Shown here: one piece after another, positions 19,695 through 30,039 of the stretch
Position numbering within the stretch: position 1 is the stretch's first letter
Layout of the letters: each line of letters begins with the position of its first letter
Sequence record: NC_027399.1
DNA: 64,000 nucleotides
Reading direction: 5' to 3' (one strand)
Program-made: the position numbers and the translations under genes
Notes under the pieces: generated by a model
The model's database searches: none
Told to the model about the DNA's origin: nothing
The model's input: the letters and a program-made list of their open reading frames with translations, nothing else

Positions 19695-21428
19695 ATGTCA
19701 TGGAAACGTCACATGAGTACTGCTCGACCACGAGTATCAGTACAAAAAAATACAAGTTCAGATAAAGCGGCAGGAAGCAAGTCAAATTTTGCTTCTTATC
19801 TTCCACAAGTATATCAAGGATTACCAAATCGAACTGATCGATATCGACAATATGAAGAAATGGATCAAGATCCTGAAATCAGAACTGCATTGAATATCAT
19901 TGCTGATTTCTGTACTCAGAGTGATGTTGATTTTGGATTACCTTACAAAATTAAGTACAAAGATAATATCGGTGATACTGAAGTTACTACAATCGAAGAC
20001 CGCCTGGATGCATGGACTGACCAGAATGATTTTAAAATCAGAATGTATGAAATTGTACGCGGTTTGTTGAAATATGGTGATCAATTTTTTATTCGTGATC
20101 CAGAAACTTATGATTGGTACTGGGTTGATCCTAGTAATGTTGAACAGGTATTTGTAAACCAGGCAACAGGTAAAAACCCTGTGGTTTATTATATCAGGGA
20201 TGTATCTTTGAATCTAAAAGATAAAGTACTTAGTAATGTACATATTGGATTTAACCAAAGTGCTTATACTGGTGCTGCACCTAATTTACTTGGTTCTAAT
20301 TCATCCGCTGCATCAGTTGGTGGATTGGCTGGGATTACAAGTTCTGGCTCTTCTGGTTCATCAGATCCATTTAATACAAGTGGTAGAATGGATGTATTAC
20401 CAGTTGCTGCTGAACACGTCATTCATTTTAGTCTAAACACAGGACAAGATGGTGTGTGGCCATTTGGTACCAGTATTCTGGAAAATGTTTTTAAAACATA
20501 TAAGCAAAAATCACTTCTTGAAGACAGCATTATTATATATCGAGTACAACGTGCACCTGAACGAAGGGTATTCCGTATTGATGTAGGTGATATGCAAACT
20601 CATCAGGCAATGGCTTATGTTGAACGTTTTAAAAATGAAATTCATCAACGAAGAATTCCTTCAAATAAAGGAGGAAGTACTTCAATGATGGATGCAGCAT
20701 ATAACCCATTAAGTATTTTAGAAGATTACTACTTCCCACAAACTGCTGATGGTCGTGGTTCATCCGTTGATACATTACCAGGTGGCGACAATCTTGGGCA
20801 GATTGATGATTTGAGATACTTTAATAATAAACTTATTAGGGGATTACAAATTCCTTCATCATATCTACCACAAGGTCCAGATGATGGAGGTGTTTCATTA
20901 TTTGGTGATGGTGCAACTCAGGCAATGGCAAGTGAAATTCGTTTTAATAATGAATGTATGCGTTATCAACGTCTGGTAGCAAAAGTATTCGATGCTGAAT
21001 TTAAACGATTTATGCTACATAACGGTTATAACATAAGTACTGCATCATTTGAGGTAGTATTGAATGCACCAATTAACCTTGCAACTTATCGTAGAGCAGA
21101 ACTGGATGCTAAATTGATTACTACCTACTTACCTCTTAATGATTTACCATATATGGCAAAACAAACCATTCTACAAAAAATGGGCTTTGAACAGAAAGAT
21201 ATTGTACAGAATGAAGAATTACTTCGTCAGGAACTTGGTATGGATATTAACACCGCTAATAGTACTGAACAAGCATCACTTCAATCAGTCGGTATTGAAG
21301 CACCAAATAATTCTGAACAAGATCTCGGTGTAGATGAAAATGGTGAGCTAGAAAGTGCAGATAAAGAATATCAGGATTCACAAGAAACATCAAATTTTAA
21401 CCCAAATGGTTTAGGTGATTCTTTTTAA
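19695..21428 (+). CDS. gp20: Portal protein, gp20-like
   Basis: RYRQYEEMDQDPEI..AL, LLEDSIIIYRVQRAPERRVFRIDVGDM, EDYYFPQ..GRGSSVDTLPGG.NLGQIDDLRYF. Confidence 0.95.
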   Translation: MSWKRHMSTARPRVSVQKNTSSDKAAGSKSNFASYLPQVYQGLPNRTDRYRQYEEMDQDPEIRTALNIIADFCTQSDVDFGLPYKIKYKDNIGDTEVTTIEDRLDAWTDQNDFKIRMYEIVRGLLKYGDQFFIRDPETYDWYWVDPSNVEQVFVNQATGKNPVVYYIRDVSLNLKDKVLSNVHIGFNQSAYTGAAPNLLGSNSSAASVGGLAGITSSGSSGSSDPFNTSGRMDVLPVAAEHVIHFSLNTGQDGVWPFGTSILENVFKTYKQKSLLEDSIIIYRVQRAPERRVFRIDVGDMQTHQAMAYVERFKNEIHQRRIPSNKGGSTSMMDAAYNPLSILEDYYFPQTADGRGSSVDTLPGGDNLGQIDDLRYFNNKLIRGLQIPSSYLPQGPDDGGVSLFGDGATQAMASEIRFNNECMRYQRLVAKVFDAEFKRFMLHNGYNISTASFEVVLNAPINLATYRRAELDAKLITTYLPLNDLPYMAKQTILQKMGFEQKDIVQNEELLRQELGMDINTANSTEQASLQSVGIEAPNNSEQDLGVDENGELESADKEYQDSQETSNFNPNGLGDSF

Positions 21429-21461
21429 AAATAAATAAAAGAGTACAAAAGGAATACTATC

Positions 21462-21692
21462 ATGCTTTTTAAAGATATTTTTGAGAGTACCAATGATTCA
21501 ATGTACGATCCAGAAGACGATAAAAGTGTATATAAAATTACAGATACTCGCAAACCAAAATTAACTTTGCAGGCTCTGAATAATCTACGCAAGTACAGAG
21601 AATTTAAAGCTAAAGAAGACCAAAACCGAGATGCAAATGTAGCTGCTCTGTATAAATCTTCTCATGCTGCACCGAATAACGGTGAAATGTAA
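21462..21692 (+). CDS. Small prohead-associated protein
   Basis: 76 aa after the portal; DTRKPKLTL..LN.LRK motif; N-terminal IFE candidate cleavage site. Confidence 0.55.
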   Translation: MLFKDIFESTNDSMYDPEDDKSVYKITDTRKPKLTLQALNNLRKYREFKAKEDQNRDANVAALYKSSHAAPNNGEM

Positions 21693-21697
21693 TATAT

Positions 21698-21738
21698 AAA
21701 AATGGCATTTTTTAAGCTCTTTTAATAATGCCATTTTT
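21698..21738. terminator. Intergenic hairpin (terminator or processing site)
   Basis: AAAAATGGCATT...AATGCCATTTTT, 12-bp stem with a 17-nt loop. Confidence 0.45.
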
Positions 21739-21788
21739 CATTAAACTAAATACTACATATTAATGATTAAAATCATTAGGAGAATATA

Positions 21789-22562
21789 ATGGCTAATCTA
21801 AAACTACTACAAGAAGCGATTCAGGCTTTTGCAAATGGCGAGCAAGAAGTCGCGGATACTAAAATGCGTCAATATTTCATTGAAGCTGCAAGTGATATTA
21901 ATAAAAAACTTGAAGAAGAAATGGAAGACGAAACTGACGATGAAGTAATGGAAGACTTCTCTATGTCTCCATCTCAAGATCTGAATACCGATGTACAATA
22001 CCCAATGGAAGAAGCTGAAGAAGAACCAACTGACGTTGAAGTTGATTTCCAAGCTGATGATGAAGGTGCAGATGATTCTGCTGAAGCAGAACTACCAAGT
22101 GCTGATCAATGGGCTGATATCCAGGATGCATATCGCGGTCTACAGAAAATGTTTGATGAAATCGCTGGTTCCGACGAAGTTGAACTAGGTGACGAAGAAG
22201 AACCTACTGAAGACGGTTTCGAAGATGTTTCTTTTGGTGACGAAAAAGTTGGTGAATCTTATAAAATGAAAGATGCTCCAAGTGTAGATAAAACTGAAAA
22301 ACCAGGAGTTAACAAAAAGTCTCCAATTGCTTCTACTGCTAAGTCTCCAGTACAAGGTGTTGAACCAATTAAAACTGGTAAAAACACCACTCCAGTAGTT
22401 GACGATACTTTTGACGGTGCTGATGCTGAATCTTTCACTATCCCACGTGATAATGACAATGTTCTTAATAAAGCAACTGATGCAATGAAAGATGCTAAGC
22501 AACCAAAAAATACCGCTACTAAAGCTAGTTCAGTACTACCTAAAAAAGCACCTAAACTATAA
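21789..22562 (+). CDS. Acidic prohead core protein (gp67/68-like position)
   Basis: Very Glu/Asp-rich; sits between portal and protease. Confidence 0.55.
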   Translation: MANLKLLQEAIQAFANGEQEVADTKMRQYFIEAASDINKKLEEEMEDETDDEVMEDFSMSPSQDLNTDVQYPMEEAEEEPTDVEVDFQADDEGADDSAEAELPSADQWADIQDAYRGLQKMFDEIAGSDEVELGDEEEPTEDGFEDVSFGDEKVGESYKMKDAPSVDKTEKPGVNKKSPIASTAKSPVQGVEPIKTGKNTTPVVDDTFDGADAESFTIPRDNDNVLNKATDAMKDAKQPKNTATKASSVLPKKAPKL

Positions 22563-22586
22563 TCATAAAAGGGAGATCATTTAAAT

Positions 22587-23207
22587 ATGAGTATGCTACG
22601 TGAATGGTCTTCATTCGAGGATTCTAAAGTACTAACTGAATACAGAGATAATGGTGTAGGTGGTAAAGATTGTTATCTGCGTGGAATTGCTATTCAGGCA
22701 GATAAAAGAAATCACAACGAACGTGTATATCCACTGAACGAAATTACTAAAGCAGTCCAAAACATGCAACAGCGTATTGCCAGTACTGGTGGTATTGCTG
22801 TTGAATGTGATCACCCAGAATCATTGAACATTAATATGGATCGTGTTGCTGGTATGATTACTAAAGTGTGGATGGAAGGTTCTAATGGTATGGCTGAAAT
22901 TAAACTATTCAATACTGATCATGGAAAAAATATTCGTGCGATGATTGAAGGTGGTCTTCGTCCTGGTGTTAGTTCCCGTGGCTCTGGTAATGTTGATTAT
23001 AATGGTGTTGTTAGTGATTTCGAAATTGTTACTATTGATATTGTAGCTCAACCTAGTGCTCCTGATGCTTATCCAATGGCAGTATTTGAGTCTCTTAATA
23101 ATAAGTATGGATATGGACAAACGCAGAAACCTGTTAATGAATCAAAGTCAGTTTCTAAAAATATGGATTCTGAAATCTATGATTTTTTCAAGAAATTAAA
23201 AGGTTAA
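22587..23207 (+). CDS. gp21: Prohead protease, gp21-like
   Basis: GIAIQADKRNHNERVYP, ECDHP, GVSSRGSG, FEIVTIDIVAQPSAPDAY. Confidence 0.95.
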   Translation: MSMLREWSSFEDSKVLTEYRDNGVGGKDCYLRGIAIQADKRNHNERVYPLNEITKAVQNMQQRIASTGGIAVECDHPESLNINMDRVAGMITKVWMEGSNGMAEIKLFNTDHGKNIRAMIEGGLRPGVSSRGSGNVDYNGVVSDFEIVTIDIVAQPSAPDAYPMAVFESLNNKYGYGQTQKPVNESKSVSKNMDSEIYDFFKKLKG

Positions 23208-23251
23208 TATTTTTATAAACATAAATATTTGTATATTAAAGGAGATGTAAA

Positions 23252-24364
23252 ATGACTAAATTGGAAAAGCTTCTAAAAGAATCATCCCTTTCTGATGAAG
23301 CAAAACAACTCATCCAGGAAGCATGGAATGAAGAAAAAAATAATCTAGCCGCAGAAATGCGTCAGGAAATGAAAGAACGTTATAAACAAGATCTTGCTGA
23401 ACTAACTGAAGGTCTTGATCAGATGATGAGTACTGTTATCGCTGAAGAAATGAATGCGGTATATGATGAAAAACGCAAACTCGTTGAAGATCGCGTAACT
23501 CTTCGTAAAACTCTGAGTAATTTCTCTGGTTTTGCTAATTCAGTACTAGCTGAAGAAGTGAAACAAATGCGTAATGAACGTAAACTTATTAAAGAAAGTA
23601 TGAATAAATTCGTCAATTTCTCTAATAACATTCTTGCAGAAGAACTTAAAGAATTCCACGTTGAAAAACGTCAACTGGTAGAAAGTCGTGTTAAATTGCT
23701 TGCTGAAGGTTCTAAAAAAATCAATGAAGCTCGTGATAATTTTATTAAACGTACTTCCGAAAGTGCTGCAAAATATATTACTGAAACTACACAGAAACAT
23801 CTTAGTGCACTAAAACAGGATATCGCTGAAGCTAAGCAAAATACTTTCGGGCGTAAACTATATGAAGCATTTTCTAATGAATTTTATTCACAACAATTCA
23901 ATGAAAATGTTCTACTACGTTCACTGAATGAATCTCTGAAAACTAAAGAAGATGAAATTGTTCAAGTTAAACAAGCTCTTTCAGAAAGTACCAAAGCAGT
24001 TAAAGAAGTTCAACATAAACTTCGTGTTATGGAAGATACTCAAGCACGAAATGCAATTATCTCTGAACTAACTAAACCGCTTAATGTACAACAAAAGCAA
24101 ATTATGGAATCACTTCTGGCTACTTCTCCAACTGAAAAGCTAAAAGACGATTTCAATAAGTACCACAAGTCAGTACTTAATGGTACTAAAGTAACAGAAT
24201 CTGTAAAAGACGTTCAACCTAAAAAGAAAACTCTTTCAGAAGGTTCAGTTGTTACCGGCAATCGCCAACAAGCAAAAGTTATCGTTGAAAATTCAGAAAT
24301 TGATGAAGACGATATGAAGTACCTCGAAGAACTATCTATTCTAAGTGGTATTATTAAAAAGTAA
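23252..24364 (+). CDS. gp22: Prohead scaffold, gp22-like
   Basis: Long coiled coil between the protease and major capsid genes; many L-X-E sites. Confidence 0.8.
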   Translation: MTKLEKLLKESSLSDEAKQLIQEAWNEEKNNLAAEMRQEMKERYKQDLAELTEGLDQMMSTVIAEEMNAVYDEKRKLVEDRVTLRKTLSNFSGFANSVLAEEVKQMRNERKLIKESMNKFVNFSNNILAEELKEFHVEKRQLVESRVKLLAEGSKKINEARDNFIKRTSESAAKYITETTQKHLSALKQDIAEAKQNTFGRKLYEAFSNEFYSQQFNENVLLRSLNESLKTKEDEIVQVKQALSESTKAVKEVQHKLRVMEDTQARNAIISELTKPLNVQQKQIMESLLATSPTEKLKDDFNKYHKSVLNGTKVTESVKDVQPKKKTLSEGSVVTGNRQQAKVIVENSEIDEDDMKYLEELSILSGIIKK

Positions 24365-24459
24365 TATTTTTAACGCATATTTTAACCACCTTTTTCAGTA
24401 CTGATAAATAACTTTATATTGAAAAAGATTTTAATAAAATTATCTAAAGGAGACTTTAA

Positions 24460-25615
24460 ATGTCTAATAAACTACTAACTGAATCTCAATGGGCCGCGAC
24501 CAAAGAACGTATTACCGAAGGTCTAAAAGGCAGTCGTAAACGTGTGATGGATATTACTATGGATAACTATCGTCGTGAGCGTGCATTATTTGAATCTGCT
24601 ACTGCTGGTGCTACCACTGCTGGTAACATTGCTTCTGTTAACAAAGTAATTCTACCAATCATGCGTCGTGTNTATTGGTGTACAACCAATGACTGGTCCA
24701 TACTGCCAGATTCATACTCTACGTGTTCAATATGCAACCAATGCTCCAGGTGTTGCTGCTGGTGAAGAAGCTCTATCTCCATACAAAATCGCCAAATCTT
24801 ATACTGGTGAACTGAATTCTGATAACACTAGCCCACAAGCCGCTCCTACTTCTCAACTAGAAGGTACTATGGGTCGTCAGGTAAATATCAACATTCTACG
24901 TGAAATCGTTGAAGCCAAATCCCGTCGTCTCTCTGCTCGTTGGACTGTTGAATCTATGCAAGATGCACAATCTCAACACGGTGTTGATATTGAAGCTGAA
25001 CTGGTTAACGCAATTGCTCAAGAAATTACTGTAGAAATCGACCAAGAACTACTTTCTCGTCTACGTGCACTACCTGGTGCTCCAGCAGTGACCTATGACC
25101 AAACCAAAGTAACTGGTGTTGCTACTTTTATTGCTGATGAACACGCTTCTCTGGCAATTCTAATCAACCGTCAGGCAAACGAAATTGCTCGTCGTACCAA
25201 ACGTGGTGCAGCTAACTGGGCTGTTGTTTCTCCAGAAGCACTATCTATTATTCAGTCTGCAACTACTTCTAGTTTTGCACGCAGTACTGAAGGTACTTTC
25301 GAAGCACCAACCAACGTTAAATTTGCTGGTACTCTAAATGGTACTATGCGTATCTACGTTGATACCTATGCTTCTGATCTGGAAGATATCCTGATTGGTT
25401 ATAAAGGTGCTAACGAAACTGACGCTGGTGCATTCTATTGCCCATACGTTCCACTGATGGCTACCGGTACTGTAATGGATCCAAATACCTCCGAGCTAGT
25501 GACTTCCTTCCTGACTCGTTACGGTTATCTGGAATTCGTGGATTCATCCTCTTCCTTTGCAAACTCAGCCGATTACTTCAGCAAAATTGCTGTTCGTAAC
25601 GTTACTTTCATGTAA
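24460..25615 (+). CDS. gp23: Major capsid protein, gp23-like, split by an N/gap at 24672
   Basis: ILPIMRRV | IGVQPMTGP..QIHTLR, KSRRLSARWTVESMQD, EITVEIDQE, DAGAFYCPYVPL, TRYG. The track ORFs 24460-24765 and 24668-25615 are two halves of one gene. Confidence 0.92.
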
Positions 25616-25658
25616 TAAAATAAAAAAACTAAAAATAATATAAAATATTGTATTTTTT

Positions 25659-25688
25659 ATGGGACTTCACTTTGAAGTCCCATTTTTT
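25659..25688 (+). terminator. Intrinsic terminator after the major capsid gene
   Basis: ATGGGACTTC-acttt-GAAGTCCCAT followed by a T run. Confidence 0.85.
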
Positions 25689-25730
25689 ATAGCATTAATT
25701 TGTTGAACAAAGTAACAAGGATGTTTTATA

Positions 25731-26957
25731 ATGATGACATTTGATGAAGTGCATGAACAATTTATTAAAATTGGTAATAAGAGAGAACCATCTTATTTTA
25801 AAAAAATAATTTTAAAAGAAATTGAAATGTATAATTTAAATTATGAATTTATTGGGTTTAATATTAATTCTATTATTGAATTTAAAGGAGCAAGAACGAA
25901 GTTAGTACTAAAATGTCCAGTACATGGTATTTTTTCTGATTGTACTTTCAATAATTTTACAAAATCTAATGCACAGGGTCGCCGCTGTCCTGAATGTGCT
26001 AAAGAATCTAAAGCTTTGAAACAACGTTGTTGTACTGAAGAATTTATTGAAAAATGTAAAAGAGTACATAATGATTTTTATGATTACAGTAAGACTATAT
26101 ACGGAAAAAATGCTCATGAACACGTTGTTGTTACCTGTAAATTACCAAATCATGGAGATTTCAAAATACGTCCTTCATGTCATTATAATAAAGCACAAGG
26201 TTGTCCTATATGTGCAAAAGAAAAAAGAAAAATTGATGAACAGGATATAATAACCAGATTAAATGAAATACATAATAATCACTTTGGATTTGATAAATTC
26301 GTATATAATGGATCGGAAAATAAATCTATAGTAACTTGTTTAGTGCATAATAAAAATTATGAAGTTAAAGTTGGGAGTTTACTTTATGATCATGGCTGTG
26401 CATTGTGTTCAACAAGAGCAAAACACACAAAAGAATCATTCATATCGATGGCAGTACTGAAACATGGTAATGTATATGATTACAGTAAAGTACAATATGT
26501 AGATTTATTCACTAAAGTTGAAGTTGTTTGTAATAAAGATAATCATGGTTCATTCTTTATTACTCCAACAAGTCATATACATGGTTTAAAACCAAATGCA
26601 TGTCCAAAATGTTCAAAATATGGATTTCAACCAAATAAACCTGGATTCTTTTATATTCAAAAAATAACTAATTCATGTAAAGAAGTTATATCTTATAAGT
26701 ACGGTATTACATGTGATTTAATAAGACGATTGAATGAGCATAACAGAAATTCTATATATGTGCATGAATATATTTTTCATGAATACTTTGATAATGGGTA
26801 TGAAGCAATTGAACTTGAAAAGCTTATAAAAAAATCAATTCCTTCTTGGTATTTGAATTCTAATGAATTTGGTGATGGTTTCACTGAAACATACGATCCT
26901 AAATACCACAAAGATGTTATTAATATAATCAAAAAACAACAAAGGAGAAATCCATGA
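25731..26957 (+). CDS. Putative homing endonuclease: 4 Zn-repeats (DUF723-like) plus a GIY-YIG/T5orf172-type domain
   Basis: Repeats C..HG.F.......GCP.C; C-terminal GFFYIQ...YKYGIT...RL...E...GDGFTET. Confidence 0.75.
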   Translation: MMTFDEVHEQFIKIGNKREPSYFKKIILKEIEMYNLNYEFIGFNINSIIEFKGARTKLVLKCPVHGIFSDCTFNNFTKSNAQGRRCPECAKESKALKQRCCTEEFIEKCKRVHNDFYDYSKTIYGKNAHEHVVVTCKLPNHGDFKIRPSCHYNKAQGCPICAKEKRKIDEQDIITRLNEIHNNHFGFDKFVYNGSENKSIVTCLVHNKNYEVKVGSLLYDHGCALCSTRAKHTKESFISMAVLKHGNVYDYSKVQYVDLFTKVEVVCNKDNHGSFFITPTSHIHGLKPNACPKCSKYGFQPNKPGFFYIQKITNSCKEVISYKYGITCDLIRRLNEHNRNSIYVHEYIFHEYFDNGYEAIELEKLIKKSIPSWYLNSNEFGDGFTETYDPKYHKDVINIIKKQQRRNP

Positions 26958-27307
26958 AAACTGTAGTAGTATTCAAAACAATTAAGGAAGAATACATAAA
27001 AAGCTCAGTATCTAATATGAAAACGTTTGTTCCACAAGGAACACTTGTTGCATTTGATGAGAATGATTCAATACTGTATTATTCGGATGATAGATTAGAA
27101 TTCAGTACAGAAAAATTTATAGATATTGCAATGATAGTTGATACTGAAGAAATGGAATACTCAGAGTACATGAAAAAGTACAAAGATTACCTTATGAAGT
27201 TTCATGGTAATGCACCTGTGATTAAATTACATGAATCCAGTGAATTCTCCCCACATAACCCGTTTCAACGTTTGGTTGATTTGGGTGTGTCCTTCAAACT
27301 TTTCTGA
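26954..27307 (+). CDS. Hypothetical protein
   Basis: 117 aa; AGGAG RBS; ATGA overlap with the upstream stop. Confidence 0.65.
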   Translation: MKTVVVFKTIKEEYIKSSVSNMKTFVPQGTLVAFDENDSILYYSDDRLEFSTEKFIDIAMIVDTEEMEYSEYMKKYKDYLMKFHGNAPVIKLHESSEFSPHNPFQRLVDLGVSFKLF

Positions 27308-27332
27308 ACAAAAATTACCCATATGATATAAT
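27304..27332 (+). promoter_or_regulatory. Early/middle promoter CTGAAC-N17-TATAAT
   Basis: Motif family member with a TGn extended -10. Confidence 0.6.
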
Positions 27333-27366
27333 TTGCGAGAATAAAATTAAAAAAAGGAAATTTTAT

Positions 27367-28101
27367 ATGGGTACTTATATACTAAAACATACGTTGTTTG
27401 ATAATCAGATAAACAAAGGATATACTTATCTTCCATCTTGTATCATTGAACTTTATAAAGAAACAGAAAATAATTCATTTCTGAGTATTCGTTATCAGGG
27501 AAAATATGATAATAAGGTAAAAATAAAAAATGAACTGATTATTGATGATTTAATTAAACAAAACATCATTACACAAGATATTCTATCTGAACTGTTTATT
27601 GACAGATTTTTATTGAATGCATCCAAAACATTATCATCCTCAGTCAAGTCTATACTGAACACCGATAACAGAACTATTTGTATTAACCCGTTTCTGGTGA
27701 AAGAGTTTTTGAAATACAAAAAACAATATAACATTGATATTAATAATACGATACTTAATAATGCAATGCTTGAAAATGTTAAGTATGAATTCATGGAAGT
27801 GGTAACGTATAACAATTCACATGTAGGTAAAACTGCAAAACAAATTAGCAAAACTTCTGAAGAAAAACGATTCACATCTTTACTTGATGATAATTTTATT
27901 GATTACGATGGAATAGAAAAATATCTACCTTTGGTGTTTGATGTATTCAAATTTTCATTATCTGATAATGAATTCACCTCAAACGGTAGATTGAAACATA
28001 ATGGATATTATTATTCTAATAAAGCCAGAGTTATCAAATTCAGGATTAATGATGATTCATCCATTGAATATGTCAAATTATCAAATGAAGAAATTAAATA
28101 G
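27367..28101 (+). CDS. Hypothetical protein
   Basis: 244 aa with promoter and AAGGA RBS. Confidence 0.65.
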   Translation: MGTYILKHTLFDNQINKGYTYLPSCIIELYKETENNSFLSIRYQGKYDNKVKIKNELIIDDLIKQNIITQDILSELFIDRFLLNASKTLSSSVKSILNTDNRTICINPFLVKEFLKYKKQYNIDINNTILNNAMLENVKYEFMEVVTYNNSHVGKTAKQISKTSEEKRFTSLLDDNFIDYDGIEKYLPLVFDVFKFSLSDNEFTSNGRLKHNGYYYSNKARVIKFRINDDSSIEYVKLSNEEIK

Positions 28102-28114
28102 ATTAATATCTTGT

Positions 28115-28122
28115 TATAAATA
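28115..28122 (+). promoter_or_regulatory. Late promoter (TATAAATA)
   Basis: Exact motif 31 nt upstream of the tail-fibre ATG. Confidence 0.7.
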
Positions 28123-28153
28123 ATTAATATACATATCGAAAAGGATTTTAATA

Positions 28154-29941
28154 ATGAGTATTAGTTTTAATCACCCCCAGAATACTATAACTAGTACTGG
28201 AAATTCTGGATCATTAAATCTAGTGGTTCTTGGTGGTTCTCCTACAAACCCAAGACCAATACGTTTTAATTCTTCATCCGTTATTATGCCTGTGCAATCA
28301 CTACCCACAGGTGAAGCTGGTGCTATTGTTTTTGACAAAAGCACAAAAACCATGAAATATCATGATGGCTCTAACTGGGTTGAATTATTAAGTGCTTCCG
28401 ATGTTGTAGCACCCCTTAATGTTCAAATCAATAACATTATCAATTCAATGGGAACAAAAATTGATACTGTTAATTATTCAAGTGCTGCAATACCGATGGC
28501 TAGTATTAGTGGTACTAATTTGAATATAGTATTTCCCAATTCCAATCCAACTGTTGGTAGTACCGGATTGTATACCAGTGCAAAAACTGGTAGTATTATG
28601 TACTATAGTTTAGCGTCAGGCCAAACATATGCCAGTATTCGTGAACAAATGTCAGGAAAAACCAATGGTCAAAGTGGTAGAACCGGTTCTCAAACTTCTC
28701 CGTGGTTAACTTCAGATGGATGGTGTTTGGCTGATGGTATGTGGTGGACGTGGCAAGGAGAGAATGGTACAGTACTAAAACAAACACCAAACCTGAATCA
28801 AAGTGCATATTTTAAGGGTTTATCTTCTGGTGGAATTACAAAAACTGATTCACCAATTGGGCAAAGTGGTTCTCTTGATACCTATACATTCACAATCCCA
28901 GATCATTATCACGGTGTAGGACAAATGAATGGAAATTCTGGACCTACTGGTGACGATGGTTCATTTATATTTGGAAGATCTTGGAATGATGGAAATTCAT
29001 ATAGAGGACTTACTATTACTGGAGATCTCAACCGACGTGAAGAACGTTCGATTAATGGGAGTGATCCAAATATTGCATTGAGTACAACGAATTCTATTTA
29101 TTTAAATGCATCTCAACGTACAATTTCACACTCACATAACTTACAGAACTTCGACGTAGCACACTTCAATGTTGCAGTACTGTATAATATTGCTGAACCA
29201 AGCTTGGCATTATCGGAAAGTGTGGCAAATACAAAATTCGTACTAAAATCCGGTGATACTATGACTGGCAACTTGAATGTAGCCAACACTCTTAGAATCG
29301 CAGGTAATAGTACTAACATTCAGTTATATTTTACCAACTCTACTTTATCTGAAAGAGCAGCAATTTATCACCAAAGTACAACAAATACATTAAGACTGCG
29401 TTCAAATGGTGGTTCTGAAGTATATATTAATGGTGATGGTTCTCTGTATGTTCCAGGTTCCACAACCGTTACTGGTAATTTTGTATCACAAGGTTCCGCA
29501 ACTGTTTCTGGTAACATTATATCACAGGGTTCTGCAACAGTTTCTGGTAACATTACATCACAAGGTTCTGCAACTGTCTCTGGTAACATTACATCACAAG
29601 GTAGAAATGTAGTAAGAGCTATTAATGGGATAACTGCTGATGGTAATGGAAACTTAAATGTAACGAATTCTAGTGGTACTACTTCCGGCTGGCATAAAGA
29701 TGAAGGTACCGGTATTATCACACAATGGGGTTACATCCAAAGTACTGGTAATGATATCCATGTAAACTTTCCACGAACTTTCAGTTCAGCATGTTACTGT
29801 GTAACATTGGGTCAAATTTTCAACTCTCATGCTGACCAAGGACGAACTGCACGTTTATTAGCACCTGCGTCAGTTTCTGGATTTGATTTTTATATCGGTT
29901 CATCAGAAACTGGGTGTTACTGGCAAGCAATCGGTCGATAA
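28154..29941 (+). CDS. Tail fibre / baseplate fibre protein
   Basis: G/S/T-rich; GAIVFDK...KYHDGSNW; tail-collar-like GWCLADG; FVLKSGDTMTGNL; C-terminal SGWHKD..TGIITQWG...VNFP..F...CYWQAIG lectin-like domain. Confidence 0.8.
   Translation: MSISFNHPQNTITSTGNSGSLNLVVLGGSPTNPRPIRFNSSSVIMPVQSLPTGEAGAIVFDKSTKTMKYHDGSNWVELLSASDVVAPLNVQINNIINSMGTKIDTVNYSSAAIPMASISGTNLNIVFPNSNPTVGSTGLYTSAKTGSIMYYSLASGQTYASIREQMSGKTNGQSGRTGSQTSPWLTSDGWCLADGMWWTWQGENGTVLKQTPNLNQSAYFKGLSSGGITKTDSPIGQSGSLDTYTFTIPDHYHGVGQMNGNSGPTGDDGSFIFGRSWNDGNSYRGLTITGDLNRREERSINGSDPNIALSTTNSIYLNASQRTISHSHNLQNFDVAHFNVAVLYNIAEPSLALSESVANTKFVLKSGDTMTGNLNVANTLRIAGNSTNIQLYFTNSTLSERAAIYHQSTTNTLRLRSNGGSEVYINGDGSLYVPGSTTVTGNFVSQGSATVSGNIISQGSATVSGNITSQGSATVSGNITSQGRNVVRAINGITADGNGNLNVTNSSGTTSGWHKDEGTGIITQWGYIQSTGNDIHVNFPRTFSSACYCVTLGQIFNSHADQGRTARLLAPASVSGFDFYIGSSETGCYWQAIGR
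29453..29602 (+). repeat. In-frame 36-nt (12-aa) tandem repeat, about 4.2 copies
   Basis: PGSTTVTGNFVS, QGSATVSGNIIS, QGSATVSGNITS, QGSATVSGNITS, QG. Confidence 0.95.
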
Positions 29942-29947
29942 TTTTTT

Positions 29948-30009
29948 TTGAACGAAAATAACATATAACGATATAATTAAAGCATCTGACACACAGTCAG
30001 GTGCTTTTT
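29948..30009 (+). promoter_or_regulatory. Promoter TTGAAC-N18-TATAAT followed by the tail-fibre terminator hairpin
   Basis: Promoter 29948-29977; GCATCTGAC-acaca-GTCAGGTGC-TTTTT at 29982-30009. Confidence 0.55.
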
Positions 30010-30039
30010 ATATAATAATGACAAAGAAGGAAATTAATT

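Noticed and set aside
24460-25615. Programmed frameshift or natural split in the capsid gene
   Set aside because: The break coincides with an N and with loss of a conserved segment, so an assembly gap is the simpler explanation.
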